DNA from: Selaginella moellendorffii
Lineage: Eukaryota > Plantae > Lycopodiophyta
Reading direction: 5' to 3'
Assembly: GCF_000143415.4 (NCBI RefSeq)
Contig: NW_003314353.1
Location: forward strand, 376,275 to 440,274
Length of the DNA stretch: 64,000 nt
The notes beneath the pieces are model-generated. The model did no database searches. It was not told where the DNA came from and worked only from the letters and a program-made list of their open reading frames with translations. Shown one piece after another: positions 11,143 to 23,700 of the stretch. Every line of letters starts with the position of its first letter. Position 1 is the first letter of the stretch. The position numbers and the translations under genes are program-made.

Positions 11143-14100
11143 CATATTTAGTAAGTTTTGAGCTTGTCCCAGAGATTAACTCCTGATACTAAAGGAGGCT
11201 TGGGGTGAAAGCCCAAAGCGTGTGTTCCTCAAGGGGGGGGGGGGTTCCAAATGTATAGTAAGGATAGTGGGTAGGTTAGGCATGGTTGACCAACCTGAGG
11301 CATAGTCTAGCTCCCGCTTGCATGCTTGTTCTTGTTCTGCGTCCGGCTTGGGTCTAACTCCTAAGCATGGAGCCAAGGAGTGACAAAACCGAACCACATA
11401 GCAATTCCCGAGCATGTAGCCCAAGGAGTGAAGGGATGGGAGCATGGAGCGATTTGAAACAGTCTTAGAGTATCCACCTTCCCAATGCCAAGACCAGCAC
11501 ACAAAATGGAGCCAAACAAAGTCTAGCGCTATTTCAGTATACCGGTGACCTAACGCAAGGATATGGGTACTCCACCAGCTAGCATGGTGTCGAACTTGGG
11601 CTTAGACCCAAGTCGGATGCAGAACAAGGACAAACACGCAAATGGGAGCTAAACTATGCCTCAGGTTGGTCGGCCATGCCCAACCTACCCACTATCCCTA
11701 CTATATATTTGAAACCCCCCATAGTCCCCCCCCGCCCCCCTTATTGAGGAACACACACTTTGGGATTTCACCCCAAGCCTCCCTTACTATCAGGAGTTAC
11801 TAAATATGGAATGTCTCTAGATTGCGAATTTGGACACAGGATAAACACCATTGTGTTCAGAACAATCTCTACATTTCGTAGATATGCCAAATGAGCAAAT
11901 CTAAACACTTTCCATAAATAGCATTTGGGACTGAAATGAGACTAACACAAAGGGCATGATAGTGAGGGTGTTTGGCAGACACGGTAAGCTATCATGTAGC
12001 GATATTGAGAGACTAGTCTCAATACGCGAAGGTTCTTGTCACTAGCTAGTGCAAGACATAACGAGATGGGAACTCCTTACCGGGCTAAGTATGCTTATCT
12101 AATAATACGTAGGAATTCCATCCTTATGCTCGTCCGGTCTAAGTACACTTGAAATGCCCAGTTAACTCCACTAGCACAAGAGGGACTGATAAAGGGCCCA
12201 GCAATACCGACCTCCTACCGTCATGGCAATAAGGAAAGAATATCCGAAAGGACTAGCCGACAGATAACTTTCAATACCCAGAGTCACATTCGCGACACTC
12301 TCCCCCCCTAGGGAAGATCGACGTCCTCATCGATGCATACTCGAGTTTAGAATACTACCAAGGAAACAACTCCAGAAAAAGTTCACGGTACTTACACTAT
12401 ATGAGAAATGCACCAACTTAAATGAGTTAAAGGTAACATCTTTGTCTAACACGGATGTGCTACCAGCTCAGACACCTTCCGGCCGTCCCCGACAAGGAAA
12501 TGACCAATGGAGTTAGCCACCCTTGCTGCTCTAGTTGTCACCCAGCTTACAAAATGTGATATGCCCCTGCCCGCAAGAAGATAGAGAGAGAAGCCAAAGG
12601 CCCCAACCCTCATGAGCAAAGAAACCAAACCCGTCGGTAAGGTTTAGATAGACTACTGTAAACAGGCAATTAGAGTTGTTTACACGGTCACACCCTTTTG
12701 AACGGAATAAGGAACATCGACAGAGAGGTGGGTGATGTGACCAGTCGATAGTAACTACCCCATGACAAAGTCATAGACAATGATATCTTAGAGACTTAAT
12801 TATCACTGAATAAATCTTATATTAGAACACAAGAGTATTCCAAGTAAGTTATCATCCGATAAACTAGTATTATAGTATAGGAACCACCAAAATCTCCATA
12901 ATTGGTAAACATAGGATTCACCATCAAACAATATTTAATAGCAAGTATATCATCAAGTAAACTCAATGATAAAGTTTAACTATAAAAGATTGCAAACAGA
13001 ATGCCAAATAACTTACGAAAGATAACTCAAAGAACACAAAGTATCATTGACTAGCAAGCAAAATGCTCACGAATGTATCACCCGAAGGAAATAACATCCG
13101 AATCTATCAAAGTGAACTCGAGCAATAATCAATAAAACAAAATGAATGCGGAAAGACCAACAAACATTTAGTCATGCCAACCATTGCACTAGCCAATTTG
13201 AATAGATCCCAGTCATAATACGAAGGAACTCAAGTTGCCTAAGCAAGTGTCAACCACATCTTATTGATGTCTTAAACCCAAGAGACCAATCCATAGCAAC
13301 AAAGTATATGTGGTATTGCAAAAAGCCAGAAGCCATCAAAGAGAATAACTAACTATCATGAAAGACTATCAATCATCTTATCAAGAAAGAGATGCATAAT
13401 CATCGTTAAAGAAGGAATCCACCATCCTGAAGAATGGCAAATCATTTGATATCAACAATAATCAAGCAAATCCTTTTGAAAAGGATAATCAACTATCCTA
13501 GATGATAGTCAATCATCACCAATAATTGCCAGATGCAAATACTAACTTCAACATCGAAGCTAATAAGCCAAAATGCCTTCTCTAACAACTTCTAACAAAT
13601 GGTCCACAAGCATGAAAACTCAAGGAACCAAAAACTCGAAGAAGCCTATAGCTAAGTTTTGCCTAACAATGATCACGAGTCTCGCATGAATCAACTTCAA
13701 TGCTAAAAGAAGAAACTATGGTACAACCCACAATATTCTCCTCAACACATCTATAAGCTAAACTTCATAATGCAAAGCTAATGAAGAGCATGTCTGCATC
13801 AATCCAAAAGCTAAGCATAACAAAGCTATGCTCAACAAGTGATCACCAAATGATCTTCCACGAATCCATCTATAGCAAGACATAACTCACTTCATAAGAA
13901 GCACAAGAAGAATCATCAATGATTGATATATCTCAACTGAAATCCAACAAAGATTCAATCACTTCAATACCGATAACTAACTCTTCCGCTTGTAGAGTTA
14001 GTATAATCCATAACAGAATCACTTTTCAAGGAAAAGCCAAAGCTTAACCCCTACTAAATAATCTTGTTTAGAACACAACTAACTCAAACTTGCCACTCAG

Positions 14101-17100
14101 TTCATTTGAACGTCAACACAGTTGCTAACTAGTAAATGCACGAATGCCAATAACATAAAGCCATAGCTAAACCATTAACACTATCTTCATTAAAACTAAT
14201 GAAACTCAATATCAATCCTAAGGAGAGACATCTCATTTCACTCGAATCTCAACCTCAACAATGTCAACAACAAGGCATCATTTCAATGCCATCAACATCA
14301 TAACAAAGCTATAAGAAAGTAAGAGTGAATCACCAATCAAACTTTCTAGCAACCAAGCTAACCAAAGTCGAAGATACTATACTTAGTATCCAAGACCAAT
14401 TCTTCAACAATACTCAGTTACAGATAACACTTCATCAAGGAGTGATTCACCACATCCAAAACTCAATGAAATCCAACACTACAAACTAAACGTAACCAAA
14501 TGATATTGACAAAGGTAGAATCAATATGCTAACATGGAAAAACCATGTAAGTCTAATGACACGATCCTCTGCAACACCATTCAGTAAAGCAAACCCATCA
14601 CTGCTAAATCATCATCGAGTGAAACAAATGTCAACAATCTTTCGACAAAGTTTACAAGCAATCACTAGTTGCAAAAAAACTAACAATCACTCTTTCAACT
14701 TGCCTTCACAAGACCTAAACACTAAACTCACGTCATCGAGTCACACACTTGTTCAACATGAATGTAATACCCCAGGTACGAGATAAAGGTTCATGAACTA
14801 GCACAAACTATATGACCACTTGAATTCAACTCAACTGCAATAAGCTCACTAACGCATCTAGTCAATAGCTCTGAGCATGTCTTGAAAAGGCTAGCTATGC
14901 ATGATCAACACTCAGTCGAAACTAAAGTGAAGACTATGAGATGGACTCATATCGGTACACAACTTCCTCATAGACAAAGCTATAGTATGGGTATTAACAT
15001 CTCAACTACAAACAACTAAGTTGGACATTACCATCCTCAGCCAAGGCGCAGGACGACCAAGACCAAGTCAAGATTAGTGAGAGCTCACTACTCTCATAAA
15101 GTCTAACGAAATACAAGGTGCAACCTGCTACCAAGCACAACGCTATAGAAGAAAGGCATAAGGGTCACTTTTCTACACCAATTCCAGACTCTATCCAACT
15201 CAATTGCCTTAGCCCCAAAAGTCAGCATCCCTTTCGGGTCGCATCATACAAACTACTTACTAAGGTTTAGGCTAACTGAAGTTAACTCCAACCTCTTCAC
15301 TAGTTTGTATTTGCTTACGAAAACGGAATGGTTTTCGGGCAAAGTGATAACAAATCTGCCATTGGAATAGTCTAAGAAAATTTGTGGAAAATTTTCCATC
15401 CTAGAGAAAGAATGACTCTCAGTCTAGAAATGCAAACATTCAAGACTCAACCAACTTCCTCCTACCAACAACTTCACGTAAGTTCACTTCAACACCAATT
15501 CTCATGACCCATAGTATGCTTAAGCCTCGAACATCTTTACCCATATCTCCAAATCTAACACCGACATCCGTAAAATGCAAAATAAACATCCAAGGCTTGA
15601 TCACGAAGATCATATCTTTGAATATCTATATTGCACTAACACTCTTCTTCAATCACTTTCAAGATCCAATGTGAAACCAAAACACTAATAAGAAAAATCA
15701 CATGAAAAATCAAGCTCTAAGGAAAATTCCTCATCACTCAAAATAACAATGTCATTTCCACTAACACAAGTGCTAACAATGTCAATGCTTCAACTACACA
15801 CTTTCTCCATCCAATAACTTACTCTAAGTGTTAACAGATCAACCGACAAGCCATAGCAAGTGAATGCTACAACCCTTTTCCAACACTTTATGGGCAAATC
15901 CTCAAGAAAACAACGTACCAACTTAAGCTTAGCATAATGGATCACCATTGAAAATTCAATTAAAGCTACTATAATGCTACTACGTGCAAGTAGATTAGCG
16001 TCACCATCAACCACTTTGGGGTTGATCATCGTTTTAACCAAGCAACTTTGTAAACACATTGCTCATTATCACATGGATATGATATAAGTATCACAATAAC
16101 TTAATTATCAATCAAGCAACATATGAGCAATGCCAATGTCATTACTTCAAAGGTTTATGTGAACATCAAGTGCTAACTCAATTTGACAAAATGCAACATA
16201 AATGCTTTACTCCACCGATAGAAATTTACAATACTGAACACCACTAACTTTTGTTCACAACATGGACAAGCTCATGCCACTCTCTATCCAACCAAACTCA
16301 AAACTAATCCAACACCAAGTTACTCAAGGAGCAATAGCAAGGTTCCCCGGAAAAGAATTGAGTATTGCAACCCAAGTCTTCTAATAGCAAGTCTAAACAA
16401 AATGGTTTAGTGGTTCACCGCTATCCATCCCACAACTTGCCATTTGTAAAACCATCATTTCCAACACGCATCAAGGTAGGGACTCTTGATTGCATAATAT
16501 GAATACGAGCAATGAGTTAACACCTCGTTGCAAATCATTTCTTCAAAAAGAGAAAATGATTTACGTGTTTGATCCATCGTCCCTGACGACTATTTTTTCG
16601 GTCTCATCTTTGACTAAACCTCAAGTTTGCTTTCGCATTGCCTTCAGTCCAATCCAAGAAAAGTTTGTGAGAGAGCACGGCAATGACTACTTGAATCAAA
16701 AGATTAATCCCTACAGTCTTGATTGATCCACTTGTAATCATGCCTAAGAAGGATCCACTAGTGCCGTGCTAAACAACTACAAACCAGCCTATGTGCCACT
16801 CATAGTAAACCTAGGAAAAGGTTTACTTTCACCCACGGTACATGGAACAATTTATGGAACCACCAATAGGTTAACATTAATTTTGCCAATTCAAAATGTA
16901 ACCTTGAGTTGCTAATGTGCCTCACTCACGAGCCCAAGCTCAAACTCGTGCAAAATAGTACATCTCAAATCCATGCTATGAGCCCAAGAGCAAGCTCACA
17001 TCATAAGGTACAATAAGGTAACCAAGATCCATACCCAAGGAACGATTACGAAACCTTTGCACCAAAACGTGTACCCACTCAGATCATTGTTTTCATCTCT

Positions 17101-17790
17101 GTGTATGCAACAAGACTAGTTGCCCAATCTCATTGGATAGCACTCGCTGAGACGTATCCTCTGATATCAAATGTAGTGCATGTGGTTTTTGTCAGGAATC
17201 CCCCAATTCTTGCCACATTCCTGACTCTCGCCGGATTCCTGACCTACAGACCACATTCCTGATTCTCGAGACACTTCCCTATTCCTGACTCTCGAAACAC
17301 TTCCCTATTCCTGACTCTTGAGACACTTCCCTATTCTTGACTCTCAAGACACTTCCCGATTCCTGAGTCTCGAGCCACATTCCTGATATTGATGTGGCGC
17401 CTCCTCGACCTCAGCTATATTTAGGCCGTCCTCGATCCAAGAGTGGTGGAGCTTCATCAACCTATAGTATATATAGGTTAGCCTTGTTCCATTTCTCCAC
17501 AATCTGAATCAACACCAGTCTAAGGCTTCTTCTTTGATTTCACTAGCTTTTTCTCTTTGTCTTAGCATTTTCCAGTCTTTGATTTTGTTGGGGGTCTTGA
17601 CAGTTTGATTCAGATTGTGGTTTTTGCTTTTCTTTTAGCTCGTTTTGATTATTTGATTGCCTTTGTCTTTTTCCCCCCTTTCTTTTCTTTCTTCTTGCCA
17701 ATGGAGTCTCCAAGCCATCCTGATTTCTTTGCCGAAGTCCTTGCAAAAATCCAGTCTTAGAATACCGAGCTGAAAGCGACCCTTCTTCGC

Positions 17791-18672
17791 ATGCAGCAGG
17801 AGCTTGCTTCACTTTCGGCTCAAGGATCCAGCAAAGTTCCTGAACCGAAGGTAAGTTTCCCGGTGAAATTTTCAGGCAAGCGTTCGAAGCTTCATGGATT
17901 TTTGAACCAAATGGAGCTGATCTTTGCACTTCAACATCGGCGGTACCCCACTCCCGAGTCTCAAATTGGCGCGATTGGGACGTTGCTCGAGGGTGCAGCT
18001 TTGTCATGGTTTTCTCCTCTTCTGGAGAAGAGCATGAAAGGGGTCGTGGTTCCGGAGCTGATGGATCTTCAATTGTTCAAAGAGAAGCTCGAAGCATGTT
18101 TTGGCGAGACGGATCGAGTTCGGGCTGCTACCACAAAGATGAGACGTCTCTCTCAGGGGTCTCGTCCTGCCTCGATCTACGCTGCAGAGTTCCAACTCCT
18201 TACTTTGGACACTCAGTGGGATGAGCGGGCCCTGATTGACCAATTTTGTTTCGGCCTCAACAACGGTGTCAAGGATTTATTGCTCACCATGGAGGATCCC
18301 AAGGACCTGTCGGACGCCATCAACAAAGCTGTTCGATGTGACAATCGCCTCTTTGAACGTCGTCAGGAAAGTTGCCGCGCCGCTGTTTTTCCGTCCCAGA
18401 CTCAGGAATCCCAGCTTGAGTCTTCAGGGCATAGTCCTGAACCTACTGCTCCAATCCCGATGGATATTTCTTGTACTCCCCGACTCATTAGAAGGAAGTT
18501 GAGTCCTGCTGAGAAGCAACGTCGAATATCTCATAATCTTTGCCTCTACTATGCTGATCCTAATCACAAAGCAACTGTGTGTCCCAAGAAGCCTCCCCGA
18601 TTGCTCGAGTTCACTCTGCCTCAAAGTCCACCTCTGTTGCAGTCGGGAAACGACCCTGTCCAAACCGAGTAG
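17791..18672 (+). CDS. gag: Retrotransposon Gag (PEG10/RTL1-like capsid, degenerate zinc knuckle)
   Basis: PVKFSGKRSKLHGFLNQ, LLEGAALSWF, LSQGSRPASIYAAEF, FCFGL, PMDI, NLCLYYADPNHKATVCP. The true start may be the ATG at 17701 via a frameshift. Confidence 0.9.
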   Translation: MQQELASLSAQGSSKVPEPKVSFPVKFSGKRSKLHGFLNQMELIFALQHRRYPTPESQIGAIGTLLEGAALSWFSPLLEKSMKGVVVPELMDLQLFKEKLEACFGETDRVRAATTKMRRLSQGSRPASIYAAEFQLLTLDTQWDERALIDQFCFGLNNGVKDLLLTMEDPKDLSDAINKAVRCDNRLFERRQESCRAAVFPSQTQESQLESSGHSPEPTAPIPMDISCTPRLIRRKLSPAEKQRRISHNLCLYYADPNHKATVCPKKPPRLLEFTLPQSPPLLQSGNDPVQTE

Positions 18673-21564
18673 GAGCTGTCTGTTTGGACTCCTTGAATAA
18701 AAATCACTTTTCTTCCTTATCAAGCTCCTCACCACCTTTCATCAAAGCCACCACCAATTCCAGCAACTTCCGCGTCCCATGTCTCCTTTCTTTCACCGGA
18801 CAATCAGGACTCAAGGCTTTGGCGCTACTGGACTCGGGTGCAACTTCCTGCTTCATGGACACGGACTTTGCTGCCCGACATCACGTTCCTCTTTCTCCTA
18901 CCATATGGGATCTGAGGGTTGAAGGCATCGGCGGGCATTTTGTGTCTCCATCTTCTGGACTTAGGGAAACGTTGCCCGTTCGAGTACACATTGGGTCCAC
19001 CGTCACTGATATCGCCTTCAACATCATCAACAACAAGTCTTCCTCTGTGGTGCTCGGTCTTCCTTGGTTCCAACTACATCAGCCTCAGATTTGTTGGAAG
19101 GACTTACAGCTCATCTCTCCCACATCACCATCCCCCATGGCTTCCCCTGCTGTTCATCGAGTCCGAATTAGGAAAAGTTCCCTAAACTCACATCGGGGTT
19201 CTGTTCCTGACTCTACGAAGTTTTCACCCTCTTCTTTTTCCTCTCTTCCATCTTACACTGGACAGTATCCTCGTCTCATCATTCCATTTAGTCGTACACC
19301 TCCTCCTATCTCCATAATCACTATGCAAGAACTCCTTCATGAAGAACTTATTTTCCTTTTTGCTTTGCATGTTTTTCTTGTCAGTCTTCCTGAGAAGTAT
19401 CGTGATTTTGGGGATGTGTTTGACAAGAAAAAAGCTAGTGTACTGCCTGCTCATCGGCCTTATGACTGTCCCATTGATTTACAGGAAGGAGCGTCGCCTC
19501 CATGGGGGCCTATCTACGGGTTATCCCCGTCTGAGCTTAAGGCCCTCAAAGAGTACGTGGATGAGAACCTTGCCTCAGGGTTCATTCAGCATTCGCAGTC
19601 CCCGGCTGGAGCACCTATCTTCTTTGTCAAGAAGAAGGATGGGAGTTTGCGGCTAGTCATCGATTACCGAGGTTTGAACAAGGTGACTGTTCGGAACCAT
19701 TATCCGCTGCCCTTGATCTCGGACCTGTTGGAACGCCTCGGTGGTGCCCGCTTCTTCACCAAGATTGACCTCCGTGGCGCATACAACCTGATCCGGATCC
19801 GGCCTGGTGATGAATGGAAGACTGCATTCCGAACCCGTTATGGCCACTTCGAGTACACTGTTATGCCATTTGGCTTGACAAATGCTCCAGCAGTTTTCCA
19901 ACACATGGCGAACGACGTCTTTCGGGAGTTTCTTGATCAGATGGTGATCGTCTACCTCGATGACATCCTCATCTACTCAAGAACTCAGGAGGAGCACGAC
20001 GAACATGTACGCAAGGTGTTGGCGAAGCTGCGAGAACACGGCCTATACGCGAAGCTTGAGAAATGTTCCTTCGATCAGCAGTCTGTGGAGTTCCTTGGGT
20101 ACATTGTCACTTCTGAGGGTATCACGATGGATCCTGCCAAAGTCAAGACTATTCTCGAGTGGGAGCCTCCACAATCAATGTCGGATGTTCAGGTTTTCCT
20201 TGGCTTCGCCAACTTCTACCGCAAATTCATTAATCACTACTCTGACATTATCCTTCCTCTCACGCATCTCACTCGCAAGGATGTTCCCTTCTCTTGGTCT
20301 ACTGCTGCCCAGCACGCCTTCGACACTCTCAAGGCAGCCTTCAGTTTTGCTCCCGTTTTGATCCATGCTGATTCCTCACAACCTTTCTTCATTGAGGCTG
20401 ACGCCTCCGACTTTGCCATCGGTGCTGTGCTGTCTCAACTCGGAGCGGATCAAGAACTTCATCCGGTCGCTTTCCATTCTCGGAAATTCCAGCCTGCGGA
20501 GATCAATTACGAAATCCACGACAAGGAGCTCCTTGCCATCGTGGATTCCTTTGGAGAGTGGTGCCGTTTCTTGGAGGGGGCGGGCCATCAAACAACAGTC
20601 TGGGCGGATCACAAAAATCTCGAGTACTTTGCCACTTCTTGAGTTTTAAGCCGTCGTCAAGCAAGGTGGGCACAATTCCTGAGTCGGTTTGACTTTGTTA
20701 TCAAGTACAGACCTGGAAAGCTTCAAGGCCTTCCTGATGCTCTTTCAAGGTGCTCCTATCTCAGTCTCAGGCCTGGTAATCCTGCCTTCGATCAACAGGA
20801 TCAAATTATCCTCAGTCCTGATCAGCTTCAAGTTATGGCAATTTCCCTGGCCCCTCAAGACTCCTCCTTGATGGATGCCATCAGAAACGATCTTCAATCC
20901 GATGATCTCGCCAGCGACATTTTCCCCCATCTTCAAGCTGGACACCCTGTGACTCCCGACTGCCGGCAATTTGACGAGTTCGAGTTCTTAGATGGCTTAT
21001 TATACCATGGGGAGCAGCTTTACGTTCCTGAAGGTGATGCTCTAAGGTTGGTCCTAATGGCGTGCCACGATAGCCCGACTGTTGGTCACTTTGGCATTGC
21101 AAAAACCTATGAGCTAGTTGCACGGGACTTTTGGTGGCCTCACATGGATGACTACATCAAAGCTTTCATTACCTCCTGTGACACTTGTGCCCGGAATAAG
21201 GTACCTCGCCACCTTCCTTTAGGTTTGCTTCGTTCCCTTCCAGTCCCTTCAGGTCCTTGGGAATCCATCTCTATGGATTTCTTGAGTGATCTTCCGAGTT
21301 CTGGAGGCTTCAACAACATTTTAGTCGTGGTGGATCGCTTCACAAAGATGGCACACTTCTTGCCATGTACCAAGGAGTTTTCGGGCGAGGACATGGCAAA
21401 ACTGGTATTCATGGAAATTTTCCAACTTCATGGGATTCCTACAGATGTGGTTTCAGATCGGGGGCCTCAGTTCATCTCTCATTTCTGGCAACGGTTTTTG
21501 CAGCTGCTTGGAGTGAAGGCCAACCTCTCTTCGGCGTATCATCCTCAAACTGATGGGCAGTCGG
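18579..21564 (+). pseudogene. pol: Pol polyprotein (PR-RT-RNaseH-IN), one in-frame stop, truncated
   Basis: ALLDSGAT, KIDLRGAY, MPFGLTNAP, YLDD, EADASDFAIGAVL, HDSPTVGH..CDTC, SMDF, SDRGPQF; TGA at 20640-20642 in the same frame as ORF 20835. Confidence 0.93.
18645..18693 (+). promoter_or_regulatory. -1 programmed ribosomal frameshift signal
   Basis: G GGA AAC heptamer at 18645-18651 in gag frame, a 6-nt spacer, then an 8-bp stem GTCCAAAC/GTTTGGAC (18658-18665/18682-18689); pol is in the -1 frame. Confidence 0.8.
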
Positions 21565-23424
21565 GCATATGCCACATGTCTAAAGGACAGTGGTATGGAA
21601 CCCAAGGTTCAAGGCCTTGGGCCACTAAACAAAGGAACGATGCCAAACTCCCAAGCATGGAGCCTAGGAGCAACAAAACCGAACCATGGAGCAACTCCCG
21701 AGCATATAGCCGAAGGAGCGAAGGGACAGAAGCCCGGAGCGACTTAGTATAGTCCTAGAGCAACTAGCGTCCCAATGCTAGGACCAACACGCAAAACGTA
21801 GCCAAACGGAGTCTGGCGCTATTTCGGCATACCGGTGGTTTAACGCGAGGACATGGGTACTCCACCAGCTAGCATGGAATGGAACTTGGGCTTAGACCCA
21901 AGCCAGACGCAGAACAAGGACAGGCATGCAAGCGAGAGTTAGACTATGCCTCAGGTTAGTCAGCCATACCCGACCTACCCACTATCCCTACTATACATTT
22001 GGAACCCCCCACAACCCCCCCCCTTTAGGAACACACGCTTTGGGCTTTCACCCCAAGCCTCCCTTAGTATTAGGAGTTAGTCTCTGGGACAAGCTGGGAC
22101 AAGCTCAAAACTTACTAAATATGGAATGTCCCTAGATTGTGAATTTGGACATGGGACAAACACCATTGTGTTCAGGCTAATCTCTACATTCCGTAGATAT
22201 GCCAAATGAGCGAATCTAAACACTTTCCATAAATAGCATTTGGGACCGAAATGAGACTAACACAAAGGGCATGATAGTGAGGGTGTTTGGCAGACACGGT
22301 AAGCTATCATGTAGCGATATTGAGAGACTAGTCTCAATACACAAGGGTTCTTGTCACTAGCTAGTGCAAAACATAACGAGACGGGAACTCCTTACCGGGC
22401 TAAATATGTTTAGCTAATAACACGTAGGAATTCCATCCTTATGCTCGTCCGATCTAAGTACACTTGAAATACCTAATTAACTCCACTAGCACAAAAGGGA
22501 CTGATAAAGGGCCCAACAATACCAACCCCCTGCCGTTGTGGCAGTAAGGAAAGAATATCCGAAAGGACTAGCCGACAGGTAACTTTCAATACCCGAAATC
22601 ACATTCGCGACATAGATGGAGGTCGCAAGATATGTAAATATGCACACTAGTGTATATATAAGAGTATATTCTAGGTTTTGTCATAGTTGAAGCATAATGG
22701 AGTGAGAGCATTTGGAGTCCATAGGCAAAAAAGGGCAATACCTATAGGCAATCAAATTCCATAGTGATTGTAGTAAATAGGGTGCTTGTTAGAGTAACAT
22801 ATTAAAGTATGAAATAATGCAAGGGATAAAGATATAAAGATTGACCCTAAATGTGTGAAATCCTAGACACACCTAATCTCTCAAACTTTGAAGAATTCCT
22901 CAAGCACATGGCTAATTCATCTATAAACCTCTATCTAAGCTTTGCTAGGGCTATTTAGGCATGTCTAGGCATGTCTAGGTTTTAGGCTGAAAGTTAGTGT
23001 AGGGATTGACTTGGGGGCCATATTTATATATACTTTTGACTTTATTAATTATAAATATGTCTAGATAAAATAGCTATTATAGTCAAGTAATTGCTCATTT
23101 TTCAATTGGTTTAAGAGGAGAGAGGTAAGGTGTGCTACACTAACAGCTAGTGTAAGTGTAAGTAATATAAAGGCATAGTTTTGTGGTTGCTTAGTCCTAG
23201 CATTTGCATCCTTGTATACTAGAGCATGGCAATTGAGCACATAAACTGGAACACACATCAATGTGCTATAGGGCCATAACTTAGCTTGATATGAATGACA
23301 ATTTTACATTTATAGATATGTTGCTTATTGGGAGCATGATGCATTAGTTGGTTCAGGTATTGAGAAATACTTGTTTCAGTCCTTTTGGACATTCTCTCCT
23401 TACAGATATGATAGTAGAAGATTG

Positions 23425-23700
23425 ATATAATTAGTTCCCTTCATTAGTCTCTTTTGTGTTAGTAGAGTTAATTGGGCATTTCAATTGTACTTACACTTGA
23501 TAAGCATAAGAATAAAATTCCTATATGCTAGCTAAAAATATATAGCTTGATAAAAAGTTTTTGTTTTGTTGTATTTTGCACTAGCTAGTGATAAATTGCA
23601 TATTGAGCACTAGTCCCTCAATATCGCTACTTGTGTTTAACAAACAATTTTGTTATCATACCTCATATATTAATCTTATTGCAGTCCCATTAGCTATTTT
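23425..23700 (+). repeat. Old degenerate LTR-B fragment
   Basis: Diverged reverse-complement match to about 22240-22515. Confidence 0.6.

Larger units (their letters stand above)
17190..21564 (+). mobile_element. Ty3/gypsy chromovirus-like (Tcn1/sushi/PEG10-like) retrotransposon, 3'-truncated
   Basis: Starts TGTCAGG with ~26-bp tandem repeats (17217-17390), then gag and pol. Stops abruptly in the integrase core (YHPQTDGQS), where LTR-B resumes. Confidence 0.9.
11143..22612 (-). mobile_element. Non-autonomous LTR element family B (LARD-like), copy 1
   Basis: 3' LTR about 11358-12297 (with an inverted piece at 11143-11357), PPT 12298-12310, ORF-less internal region, iMet-type PBS 17158-17169, and 5' LTR at 17172-17189 plus about 21565-22612, split by a gypsy insertion. 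Confidence 0.8.

Noticed and set aside
21565-21752. Novel integrase C-terminal extension in ORF 20835-21752
   Set aside because: Read-through into LTR-B after the truncation point.
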